This document shows, piece by piece, positions 1-11,913 of a DNA stretch of 64,000 nt. The DNA comes from Octopus sinensis (Eukaryota): the NCBI RefSeq assembly GCF_006345805.1, contig NW_021832433.1, positions 1-64,000 of the forward strand. The letters are read 5' to 3'. A program made the position numbers and the translations under genes. The notes below the pieces were generated by a model, which saw only the letters and a list, made by a program, of their open reading frames with translations, was not told the origin of the DNA and made no database searches. Numbering within the stretch: the first letter of the stretch is position 1; each line of letters opens with the position of its first letter.

Positions 1-249
1 TTGTTGTTTCTCTTGTCGGTCTTTGTATCGTCTATCTGTCCGAATGTTTTTAAGGTTCCATATTATATAGTATATATATATATATATATAATATATATAT
101 ATATATAATGAGAGAGAAGAGAGAGAAAAGAGATACATACATACAAATTTATGTACACACACATATATTTATATATATATATAGATATATACATATATAT
201 CCATATATATATATTATATATATAGACATACATACACATATACACACGT

Positions 250-290
<41 letters not shown>

Positions 291-387
291 CATGCTTACA
301 CACACATACATATATATATTTATATATATACATACACACATACACAAACACATATATGTATGTAAGTGTATATACATGTGTATATAT

Positions 388-469
388 GGATCCAGGTTCA
401 GTTCCACTGCGTGATACCTTGTACAATTTGCTTTACGCTAGACTTTGTGAGTGGATTTGGTAGACGGAA

Positions 470-504
<35 letters not shown>

Positions 505-724
505 ATGTGTGTGTCTGTGTCTTTGTGTTTGTCCCACCACCATCGCTTGGCAACCAATGTTAGTGTGGTTATGTCTCCGTAACATAGCATTTCAGCAAAA
601 GAGACCGATAGAATGAGTACCAGGCTTAAAAGAGGAAGTACTTGGCTTGATTCATCTGACTGAAAATTCTTCAGGATGCTGTCCCACGATAGCTGCAGTC
701 TAATGATTGAAAGAATTAAAAGAT
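388..724 (+). mobile_element. tRNA-derived SINE, family A (5'-truncated head, internal (TG)n, 3' tail)
   Basis: Matches other copies in the window (60281-60698, 40124-41162): GGTTCAGTTCCACTGCGTG...GTGAGTGGATTTGGTAGACGGAAA, then a microsatellite, then CACCATCGCTTG...GAGACCGATAGAATGAGTACCAGGC. Confidence 0.8.
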
Positions 725-1565
725 AGGGCTTGTGTATGCATGTGCGTGCATGTTATTGGTGTTAATTATCAACGCCTTTATCCAGGGGGGGGGGTCCTCT
801 CAGCAGCAACAAAGACAAGCTTAAAAGAGTGATATTTGAATCTATTCACATAAAAGATCTGATGCTGTGATAGATTTAAATATCTCATTTCTCACTGAAC
901 CTAGAAGTGGGGGGGCCCAATAAATTTGTGGTTTAATGGAATGGTGAGGCAGAAGAACAGCTTAGATGGAAGATTCTGTCCATGGTTCAATACTAAGCAT
1001 AGTGGAAATGGAAGTTGTACGTCTTTTACTTTTTTATGTCTATATAAATTCATAGGACTAGTTGAAACCTCTACCCATCTATCATGATTACTTACAGGCC
1101 ATTTACCCAAACAACCATCAATGCAGCATCTGAAATCAATTTAAAAATAGGATATTTAAACTTATTTTCATTATTCCTCTTATTTCAGACCTTAAAAGAG
1201 GACCCAGTAGGTTAGTGGTTAAGTTGTGCACAAATTAGGAACTGTAAAACATCCTGACCATGGTTCAAAACCGAATAAGATGAAAGTAAAACATTTTATC
1301 TTTTTTTTTCCAGAAAAATAAAAAAAACATTCTTAAGAAAGACCAGCTCTCATTACAGTATGTATATATAATACAAATAAATGCCAACAAATCTATGCCA
1401 ATATGCTGAAAATAGACCTTGGATCGTCTAACCACACAATATTTTTCACTATAATTACCGTATATTGAAACGAGGAAAGCAAGCTAACGGAAAATTTTTT
1501 TAATTCCTTCATCCCCGAATCGGACTGATTTTCTGGATTAATCCAAAAGGATCCTTCCTTCATCA

Positions 1566-1650
<85 letters not shown>

Positions 1651-2349
1651 GTGTGTGTGCGTGTAGAAATAGCTACAAGTCCATATATTCTTGTGGTCTT
1701 GTTTTGTGTTCGTCTCCTTGTGTATATTACAACCATATCTAATATCTGGTGCTATGATTTATATTGCCTTTTTATATTCCGTAACTAAGGACTTTGAGAC
1801 ATCGCACAACGTAAACTTTGGTTACTACACGATGAAACCAAAGGCAAAACTCTCAGGAAATTTGCGAAGTGTTCGAAACAGCAACTAAATCTCCCTCGGA
1901 TTATACATGCTACAAATTTAAAAATAGATACACGAGACATTTTAGTCTCTGTTATATTAAAGGTCACGTGATCACAGCTGCGTCGCGTTTTATCATGAAG
2001 TCAATTCAAGCAGAATTAATCCGGCGCTAAACAGCAGCAACTAAAGGTTTCTGTGAGCGGGATACCGGCTTGCTAGAAAGAGCTGTCAAATTTCCATTAA
2101 ACTATAATCGATCGCCTACAAAATAGAAGGATTTCATAAAATGTAGTACCTGATATACATGGTTGCTGGGCTTTCAGTCATAAGTTTACTGAAACTGGGA
2201 ATAACCCATCGGATTTCTTTGCGATCAAACATTCAACCATCTTAAAAAATGGAAGACCATCATGTACAAAAACCGATGTTGTTGCCAACAATCTCCAATA
2301 TTGTATGCTCGCGCGTATTTGTGTATATATGTGTGCGTGTACACACATG

Positions 2350-2399
<50 letters not shown>

Positions 2400-3177
2400 A
2401 TCACTTAGGAATTTTGCATATATCTCATTATTAATTTTCGATGTATTTTATATTTCTTTACTTTTCTTTACAGAGTTCCTCTCAATAAATTGACTCACTT
2501 TATACACTTCCGGTTCCTGTCTAAGTATTTAATCTCCCTATTGACAATTGTCAACAATTTTACAATGCCACTTTAATTTTCTATATATTTCTTCGTGTGT
2601 ATGTATGCATATACGTATGTGTGTGTGTGTGCGGCCAATGTACCGTATGTATGTGTGTAACGGTGATCATTTTTGTCACTTGTCAAGTTCCCTCCATTTC
2701 CTTCTCCCTTGTAAATTCTTTAATATAATTGCTGTATTGTACAATTTTTGTTTTTACTTTATTCCATAAACCATAAAATTTCATTTAGGTTCCTTCTCTC
2801 GATTCTATTAAATTCGACTTACCAAATTATTTAATGTCAAGAATTTCCTGCAGTCGTTAAATTCCATGTCTCTCTTTATTTACTGAAAACGTGGTTGGCA
2901 GCAATTTGCTAGCATGGTCTGGGGAGAACGCGATTGCTCCGAAAAGGAGACAGGCGGCAGGAGGTGTGGCCGACCGTTGTCAGTTTCGAGAAGGTATTTA
3001 CTTTTCCTAGTCAAGAAAATATTAGACCTTTGGGGTATCCTCCTTGAGTTGAGAGACGTCTTCCCACTAATTATGGCCACTTCCATTTCATTTTCATTTC
3101 TGGTTTTCATATTCAATACAAAGTGCCACCATTTCATCTCGTAATGGCCTGCGTGGTTAAAGAAAAACCATTATAAT

Positions 3178-3606
3178 AAGGTGCCGAGTTGGCAGAATCG
3201 TTATTACGCTGGACACAGGGTGAAACAGCATTTCGTCCGTCTTCACATTCAGAGTTCAAGTTCCGCCGACATCGACTTTGCCTTCCAGCTAATCATGATC
3301 GATAAAATAAGTACAAATTAAGCACTGGGATCGATGTAATTGACTAACCCCTCATAAAAATGCTGGATTTGTGCCAAAATTAGAATAATTCTTAAGGTGG
3401 CGAATCTTCAGCCTGTCGAACAAAATGCTGAGTGCCATTTCTTCCGGCTTTAAGTCCTGAGTTCAAATTCCACCATGGTCGACTTTGCTGTTTCATCATC
3501 TCGGAGTCGGCAAAATACCAGTTGAGCACTGGAGTCAATGTAATTGACTATTCACCAACCCCAAAATTTCAGGTCTTCTGCCCCTAACAGGAAGGATTGT
3601 TATTAT
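3178..3606 (+). mobile_element. Two head-to-tail tRNA-derived SINE family B copies (3178-3390, 3394-3606)
   Basis: Diverged versions of AAGGCGGCGAGCTGGCAGAA...GAGTTCAAATTCCGCCGAGGTCGACTTTGCC...AAGTACCAGTT...GTCGATGTAATCGACT, seen in cleaner form at 61582-61800. Confidence 0.75.
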
Positions 3607-3979
3607 CATTGGATGTTCACATGGACTCACAGTTTCCTATCGGTAGGCAGCTCAGTTGATGGTACACCAATCTTTGTAATCTCTTGAGGATCAGTAGTGG
3701 GTAAGAACAAAAATGTTTCCAAGCAAATCTTGGATTATATGCGAAAATCATCTCAGCATTCTATTCTGAAGTTCATCTGATTAATAAATTATCGGCAAAC
3801 ACCAGATCTGTTTGGTCCAGCTTCATCTGCTCTTCAGGTACCGTTCTATCCACAAATAACTTTATTCGAAATTCTACCATTACTACAACATTAACTGTCT
3901 ATACTTAAATAACTACACTGGCGACAATGCATAGTCCAGTTATTTTACTATTTTACTGTTTCACAGTCCGGAAATACGG

Positions 3980-4053
3980 TGATCACTTAGCTGAGTGGTT
4001 AGAGCGTTCGTAAATATAACTCTGTATACCGAGTTCGTATCCGACCGTGATCA
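3980..4053 (+). pseudogene. Degenerate tRNA-like sequence or SINE head
   Basis: A-box-like TAGCTGAGTGGTTAGAGC and B-box-like GAGTTCGTATCC are present, and the ends TGATCAC/GTGATCA are complementary. Anticodon and T stems do not pair, so it is not a functional tRNA. Confidence 0.45.
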
Positions 4054-4320
4054 ATTTAAGAGTGGCAAATAAAGGACCACAGCAAGATGATGGAGTGTTA
4101 AATCGTCAGTCTTCACAACTTGTGTTATTTGCTCCGGTTTTTGAGTTTTTGTTACAAAGATTTAAAATGTCGCTTGATCAAACACCACTCTATAATTTGT
4201 GGATGTATTTAACGACGTTTCGTGTGTTGCAAGAAATCAATCGTACCAGGTGTGCGTTTTTGGTGATTTTAGAGATCACAACCACACACGAAAAAAGAAA
4301 AATGAAAGTACCTCCTTGAT

Positions 4321-4535
<215 letters not shown>

Positions 4536-5427
4536 GTTTATCTATTTGTCTATACAATTTTGCCACGTCACTCACGATAAACTTTACAAAAAAGTTACAC
4601 TAATATTACCGGCATATATATATAACACATACACATACACTCACAAGCGTGCGCACGTACATATACACGTAGGGACACACACACACACGCGAATACACAA
4701 ATGTGTATATGCATATATAAATATGTGCATGTATATATCTATCGTTTATGTGTAAAGTTTAACTCCAAAGAAATGAATCCAAGAATAATTGGCAACATTT
4801 TACAAGTATTCCTTATCAGAAACTTTTTTGTTTCCTTCTTTTTTTAACTCCGTTCTTTCAGGGAAATTTCTTTGTTATTTTTTCACCCAGAAAATTCTAT
4901 CGTTAGGTTAATGTTTTTCTTTTCGTTTTTCTAATTAATGTCGTTTCTGTTGTTGTTGTTGTTGTTACTGATATTTTGAGAGCTTCGTACAAATGGATTT
5001 TACGATAGACACATGGAAAAATTTGCAACCTCAAGGAATTGTGCATTCATAATGATATTCTTACGCGCTCACCTACACGAAGAGTTACACACATAGGTAC
5101 ACACAAGTAACGGTGTATATATGTACGATGTACCTGTATATATATATATATATATGTTCGCTGTTTTGAACATATACAAGTGTGTAAATTACTAACCTAC
5201 AGGAGAGCGCTTGAGTTTATATGAACATGTATACACATCTACTTGTATATGCAAATTTATACTGAAAAGTATTATATTTTTCTACCTATCTATCTGTCTA
5301 TCGACTTGTATGTCTGCCTATCAGTCTTTGTACCTATCTATCTGTCAGTCTGTCTGTCTATGTGTGTGCATATAATCCGATACACACACATATATTTGTG
5401 TGTGTGTGTGTGTGAACATATATACAG

Positions 5428-6006
5428 CAGAACTTGAAGCAGTTTAACAACTTAAATGTTTGAAACAGTGCAGCAGATGAGCGACAGGGATAGACTGAGA
5501 AAACTACAGTTTTACTCCCTGGAGTGAGGCGTCAGAGATATGCAATAATATACATATTGAAATTCCTAGGAGGGCAAGTACTTAATTTTGGCATCCAGCG
5601 TTAAACAAATGCTAGAACTGGCCGCCATTGTATTGCACCAAAGTTACCATCCACTCCATCTAAATTCAGGATAAGGTACTGCAATAGTCTAGGGTTCAAA
5701 GGCCCTCAGCTCTTCAATGCCCTACCACAAAAATTATGAAATTTGCATAGGAAGGAAGTAGATGTCTTCAAAGAGGAACTAGACATCCTCCCTTCCACAA
5801 CACCGGATGAACCAACTGCCCGACATGAGGTGCAGACGAGGGCAGTGGAATCAAACTCCCTTCCACACCAAATGGGACAACAGCTGGGACAAAGGCACAT
5901 AGAGGTGTGGTGATGTAAAACACCCCAGACTGAGAAAATCAGCAAGACCACGGTGGTGCTCCAGCATGACCGCAGCGACATGGATCCGAAACGAGTAAAA
6001 GAGTAA
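5428..6006 (+). mobile_element. 5'-truncated CR1/L2-group LINE, ORF2 C-terminus plus 3' UTR (decayed)
   Basis: Hand translation gives ...DRLRKLQFYSLE / RRQRYAIIYILKFLGGQVLNFGI / NARTGRHCIAPKLPSTPSKFRIRYCNSLGFKGPQLFNALPQKL*NLHRKEVDVFKEELDILPSTTPDEPT...RAVESNSLPHQ, with stops and a frameshift. This is a typical post-RT C-terminus of CR1/L2-like ORF2. The element ends in GTAAAAGAGTAA. Confidence 0.8.
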
Positions 6007-6045
<39 letters not shown>

Positions 6046-6210
6046 CATAAGGGACTAAAGCCATCTGAATATGGCTAGAGACAGGGCAGGGTGGTGGGGG
6101 TGTTACTGTTGCATTTAGCCCCAGGCGAACATCAACGTCGCCAGATAGGCTTGACACCATCACGGCGTCCTTTATCCTGCAAAGGGAGATAATTCCCCGA
6201 TGAAGCGGAA

Positions 6211-6263
6211 ACCACACACGGACCTAGGTTTCAAGGTGTATTGCCTATCATCAACGTGATGGT
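6211..6263 (-). ncRNA. Minimal type I hammerhead ribozyme motif (inverted copy)
   Basis: Minus strand reads ACCAUCACG-UUGAUGA-UAGG CAAUACA CCUU-GAAA-C CUAG GUC^CGUGUGUGGU. Predicted cleavage is between 6221 and 6220. Confidence 0.7.
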
Positions 6264-6517
6264 GTCAAGCCTATCTGGCGACGTTGATGTTCGCCTGGAG
6301 CTAAATGCAACAGTAACACCCCTATCACCCTGCTCTGTCCCTAGCCATATTCAGATGGCTTTAGTCCCTTATGTTATGGAGCAGTTACTGTCTATATCTC
6401 ATTTAGAGAATTATTATTGCTGTCGAACAGATTTTCGAAATCAGCAAATGTATTTTGCTTGAAAATCTATATATAAATATCCTGCAGAGTGGGTTGTTCG
6501 TCGAGGAAGCGGGGCCT

Positions 6518-6569
6518 ACCACACGTTGATGATAGGCAATACACCTTGAAACCTAGGTCCGTGTGTGGT
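6518..6569 (+). ncRNA. Minimal type I hammerhead ribozyme motif
   Basis: ACCACACG (stem I) / UUGAUGA core / stem II AGG:CCU with loop CAAUACA / GAAA / stem III AC-CUAG-GU / GUC^ (after 6559) / CGUGUGUGGU. Stem I extends via GAAGCGG:CCGCUUC. Deviations from consensus are U3 opposite G8 and U.U at the base of stem II. Confidence 0.75.
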
Positions 6570-6820
6570 TTCCGCTTCATCGGGGAATTATCTCCCTTGC
6601 AGGATAAAGACGCCGTGATGGTGTCAAGCCTATCTGGCGACGTTGATGTTCGCCTGGGGCTAAATGCAACAGTAACACCCCCACCACCCTGCCCTGTCCC
6701 TAGTCATATTCAGATGGCTTCAGTCCCTTATGTTATGGAGCAGTTACTGTCTATATCTCATTTAGAGAATTATTATTGCTATATATATATATATATAAAT
6801 ATATATATATATTCTGTGTG

Positions 6821-6890
<70 letters not shown>

Positions 6891-7016
6891 GAAAGAGAGA
6901 GACATTTACACACACCTACACGTTAATTTCAACTATATAACTGTGTCTATGCGTACGTCATAATTCTTCTTTCTTTCTAAATATGGACATAATCAAGAAG
7001 CGAATATATATATATG

Positions 7017-7061
<45 letters not shown>

Positions 7062-7420
7062 AAATACTTTGTTTAGCGTGGGGAAGTTATTTTTGGCGTG
7101 GAGCATACAACAATGTATTTGTGTGTGTGATCGTAGTATGGAATACACTACGCATAGAGAGAGCAAGGTGTCGGAATTGATAGAAAAAATATTGATCTGA
7201 TTATGATGATAAAATATAGCGACCATAACCATCATCATCATCATCGTCATACCGTTTAGTCATAATCGTAATCGTGACGATCATTACGACCAGCAAAATG
7301 TGAGTAAGTACAAAACTATATCTGTATATTTCTTTGATGTTAACAGACTTGGAAATGTTACATCTGAATATGGAGTAGAATTTTCCGTATTACTAATTGA
7401 CTTTTTTATTATACAATATA

Positions 7421-7492
<72 letters not shown>

Positions 7493-7552
7493 TATATGTG
7501 TGTGTGTGTATACATATATATATATATTATATATATATATATAATATATATA

Positions 7553-7675
<123 letters not shown>

Positions 7676-8092
7676 GTATATATATATATAGAGAGAGAAG
7701 AGAGAAAATTTACAGAAAAATAAAAGACGATGACTGGTACTTAAAAAAAAACAGGCATATTAGTTGAGGCTCGGGAAGGTGAGGAAGTCTTTTAAATTTC
7801 GAACCTACGCTTTTCAACAGAGAGAAACATGAGGAAATAAACAAAGGGAGAATAAATATGGGGAAAGAATAAAAAATAACTTGTGGATTTAGCGGTCAAT
7901 CATGGCAATATATTATATATATATATATATATATAATATATATATATATATATTATATATATATATGTATATATATAATATACTAGGGTATGGTAGATGT
8001 GTTCAGCAAAAGTTTAGATGCAGATGAATATAGTACTTAAGTTGAGGCACAGAATTTAGTGCGGCATTATCCTATAATTTCAAACAGGTGAT

Positions 8093-8185
8093 TAAAATCA
8101 AAATAAGCAACAAGGATATCCAGAGGTAATGCAGTACGATCGTACTGCATTACCTCTGATATCCTTGTTGCTTATTTGGATTTTA
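8093..8185. repeat. Near-perfect 93-bp palindrome with no spacer, centred on TACGA|TCGTA
   Basis: TAAAATCAAAATAAGCAACAAGGATATCCAGAGGTAATGCAGTACGA|TCGTACTGCATTACCTCTGATATCCTTGTTGCTTATTTGGATTTTA, with one mismatch and one 1-nt indel. Confidence 0.95.
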
Positions 8186-8199
8186 TATACATATTACAT

Positions 8200-8300
<101 letters not shown>

Positions 8301-8853
8301 AACCTCTGTTTCTTGCTGGCTGTCTGTCTCTTCCTCCACACACGCAATGCACGTTTAATGTTGTACATTTATTCGTACATATAACAAATTTCCACGTACG
8401 TGTGAATAAATATTACCTCTGTCTGTGTGTTTCAGTGAATATAAACTTGGAATGCTTTCTTGCTTTAAATCTGAATTATTTTTCATTTTCTTTGAGGTCT
8501 GTCGCTAATCTCGTTGTACTAAAAACCTACATCCGCTATAATTACGAGACATTCTTATAATTGCCACGGCATCTCGTTTCCATAAAGTAATTAAACAATC
8601 TAATTCTTAATGTCGATTTTGATTAATTTGAGCAATCGTGTAAATTAACGCCGGCATATTTCTACATTTCACATACATCACGTGTTGATCATGCTATGCT
8701 ATGAATTAACCACAAAACACTGTTAGTATTGTCTCACAAAATTCCGCTGACGAAGGCTTCACACGTTATCATGGACTTCTGTGAGAATCTCACTGTTAAA
8801 AGCAAGGTAGCCAAACTTTCAGAGTATATGTTTGTATGATCTATCTATCTATC

Positions 8854-9436
8854 GTGAATGTTGTCACGTCTCCTTCCTTGAAACGGGAAGGAAGGGCCAT
8901 TTTCATCGTATTTGCGTCTATGGCGAAAGAATGTGTATGGTGGACGCGTCTGAAATGTCAAGAGACAAACACTTTCCTCCCTGGTGAATCTCTCATCAAC
9001 TTCTTCAAGTATCACTTGAAGAGGAAGGTGAGGGTATAGAGGGAAGTTTTGTCTAGTGAATGTTTCAAAAAAAGATGGGTGAATGTAGCAAGGATGGCAC
9101 GTGTGAATGACGGAACCACCTTGAGCATAATCCTATGAAACCGGAAAAAGAAGGGAAAAAAGAGAGTCACTCACTGTAATGTGCTTTTTGCATGACGTTA
9201 TTGCCCGAGGTTATCGTGGTCTTTTCCGTAGGCTTTTCCTTCCACAAATAAACCTTTTACATTATGACATTTCTGTGATACACGATCCCTATTGATCGGC
9301 TTGGTTTTTTTTCTTTTTGTTTACACGATCTCTTTTGACCAGAATTCTACACCCGCTTTTTTTCCTTCCCAAAAAGAAAAGCTCTGCTTTGTATTTTGTC
9401 CCGTCTGTGTTCAGCCCTGTGTGGCTAATAAAGAAA
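8854..9436 (+). mobile_element. 5'-truncated Tx1/L1-clade LINE (ORF2 C-terminus ending at 9138, then 3' UTR with AATAAA)
   Basis: Translation VNVVTSPSLKREGRAIFIVFASMAKECVWWTRLKCQETNTFLPGESLINFFKYHLKRKVRV*REVLSSECFKKRWVNVARM resembles the L1/Tx1 ORF2 C-terminus (recognised from memory). AATAAA lies at 9427-9432 and the element is embedded in (TCTA)n. Confidence 0.65.
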
Positions 9437-9439
9437 CAG

Positions 9440-9535
<96 letters not shown>

Positions 9536-9555
9536 GTTTGTCTGTCTGTCTGGTG

Positions 9556-9710
9556 CAGGCGTGGCTGTGTAATGGGAAACTTGCTTCCCCAAAACATGAC
9601 CCTGTGCTCAATCCGCGGCTGCAGCAAAAGACATTTGCCCAAAGTGTCACGCAGTGGGACTGAATGCAGAACCATGTGGTTGAGAAGCAAGCTTCTTACC
9701 ACACCGGCGC
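9556..9710. mobile_element. Two convergent SINE-A 5' heads (+ 9556-9600; - 9630-9710)
   Basis: CAGGCGTGGCTGTGT...CTTGCTTCCCC...CATG on +, and the reverse complement of CCGGTGTGGTAAGAAGCTTGCTTCTCAACCACATGGTTC on -. Confidence 0.7.
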
Positions 9711-9735
9711 GCACTCACACATGCACACACACATG

Positions 9736-9771
<36 letters not shown>

Positions 9772-10207
9772 CACACACACACACACACTCACAATGTTAT
9801 CTTTGTAGTGTTCTACTCAGAAACGTTCGCGTAGCTTTTCATTTACTGCTTTATTATTACTAAGTTAGCTAATTAATTAGTTAGTTAATTAACCGTTCGT
9901 TGAACGAGACAATTGTTTGGTTTGGTGGTCCTTACTTCTCAATTCGTCGCATTCCCACGTTACTCCAGGTCAGTCCCGTTGTAAGAACGCCCAAAGAATC
10001 GATTAATTAATTGCTCTGTTGGTTAACTAATAGACTGACAATACTGAAACGAAATGAAATATAAGTAGAGTAGGCGATTATTGCAAGGAAATCCTCTCCC
10101 GTGATAAAACATCTGTTTCAGCATGCCATTTCACATCCAGAATCCTGCAAAACTAGTAAGAACGCATGCACACACACACACGCACACTGTCCCCTCTCAT
10201 TCTCTCT

Positions 10208-10250
<43 letters not shown>

Positions 10251-10568
10251 CTTCCCTCTCTCACATTATATCAATTCAGGCGAATTGACATCGTAGAATT
10301 CTAGCTCTCAGTTAAAATCTTCAGATGGAAATCCAGTTATCTTCCTTTAAAAAATATTCGCTTCAATAATCGCATAGAAAGTCAAGATTGTAACTTGTTT
10401 AAGGAGATATTTATTTTCCTTTCCTGCAGTTTTACGGATTATAAGAAGAACCACCGTGCAGCTTTCCATCGTGTCAACGGATCCCACAGATTCAGGTGAA
10501 CTGTGTGATTGTTTAGGCCTTTCTTCACTCTTCCCATTACAAACAATATTAGGCGTTATACAATGTAT

Positions 10569-10903
10569 GAGCGATGGCTCAGTGGATAGAGCGTCAGGCT
10601 CACATTCACGAGGTAGTGAGTTCGATTCCTGGATCAGGCTGTGTGTTGTGTTCTTGAGAAAAACACTTTATTTCACGTTGATCCAGTTCACTCAGCTGTA
10701 GAAATGAGTTGCCATGTGGCTGGTGCCAAGCTGTATCGGCCTTTGCCTTTTCCTTGGATAACACAGGTGGCGTGGAGAGGGGAAGCAGAAATACATGGAC
10801 AACTGCTGGTCCTCTATAAACAAACTTGCCCGGACTTTTGCCTCTGAGGGTAACTTTCTAGGTACAATGCCATGGTCATTAATGACCGAAGGGACTCTTT
10901 TAC
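10569..10903 (+). mobile_element. tRNA-derived SINE, family C (CORE-like central domain)
   Basis: A box TGGCTCAGTGG and B box GAGTTCGATTCC, followed by GTGTTGTGTTCTTGAGAAAAACACTTTATTTCAC...CACTCAGCTG. Confidence 0.75.
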
Positions 10904-11040
10904 GATGTTTCATATATCGATATAAATGTTTCGAATTGCACAAAACTCAAACAGTTATTTATCAATCTCACAATTATAAAGAGTTAAATTATACACAAAA
11001 CTAAATGCGCTTATCTTTCCCGACATTTTACTGAATTCAG

Positions 11041-11193
11041 ACAGTTGCATCAGTCAAACTTTCAGAAATTCCCAATAATTTTCTCTTAACAATTAAGAAC
11101 CTTCACAAGAAAATCAGCACGTACCTGTCAAATCTACCTACAAATGGTCCTCCTATGTCCAGATCATCTCAATATTTTCAGAACGACATGATG
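11041..11193 (+). CDS. Candidate internal or first coding exon of an unidentified gene (TVASVKLSE...MSRSSQYFQNDMM)
   Basis: Pyrimidine-rich acceptor ending TTCAG at 11040, an open 51-codon phase-0/0 frame, and consensus donor ATG|GTAAGC. No protein homology recognised, so it may be partly 5' UTR. Confidence 0.3.
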
Positions 11194-11713
11194 GTAAGCA
11201 TTTTCACGTTGCGGTTTTTCTCGCTGGGCACCAAAAGTAACTATCAACGATTGATATAAGTCACTAGATCATACTAACTTTTGTGTGAAACTATGGTAGC
11301 TAGCGCGCACATAAACACACATACTTTACGTGTGTGTATGTATTTGTATCATGTTTGCTTGTTCCTACACCTGTGAATCTGTATATGATTAACAACGTAT
11401 GAGTGAGTGTGTGCGTGCATATATGGGAAGACCTACATCGTTTCGGTTTTGATAATCCCCATTATATTGGTTTTCAGGTTTCTAAGCACCTATAAATCTA
11501 GAATTTATACTTTATCTTTATAATTTCATAGCAGAATTTTTTATATTTTGTATGTTTATGTCTATACACACGAAATTTATATAGGTATACATTATTGTAA
11601 TATAATTGTATTTCATATAATTATATGTAACAGTGATTATGCGTGTGCACTTTTGCACAAGGCATAAATATGTGTGTGTGTGTGTGTGCACGCAAGAATG
11701 TATATATGTGATA

Positions 11714-11749
<36 letters not shown>

Positions 11750-11872
11750 TATATACATACATATATATACATATATATACATATATATATATATAAATAT
11801 ATACACACACACATATATATATATATATATACAAATATATATATACATATATAATATATATATATATATACA

Positions 11873-11913
<41 letters not shown>

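Larger units (their letters stand above)
6043..6780 (+). mobile_element. Non-coding HHR-bearing element (retrozyme / Penelope pLTR-like): 1.46 tandem units (period 359) plus a 5' inverted copy
   Basis: 6255-6421 is directly repeated at 6614-6780 (about 6 transitions). 6043-6258 is the reverse complement of 6522-6735. The element is flanked by (TA)n on both sides and contains two HHR motifs. Confidence 0.8.

Noticed and set aside
2880-3144. Overlapping 76-85 aa ORFs in a GC-richer patch
   Set aside because: No recognisable domain is present, and all frames from the nearest acceptor (2853) hit stops.
3790-3846. Minus-strand CUGAAGA followed by a short stem and palindrome AGATCT
   Set aside because: There is no GAAA or NUH triplet in register, so it is too degenerate to call an HHR.
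8735-8795. CTGACGA-AGGC...GACTT HHR-like 5' half
   Set aside because: The GAAA and stem III half is missing. At best it is an inactive remnant.
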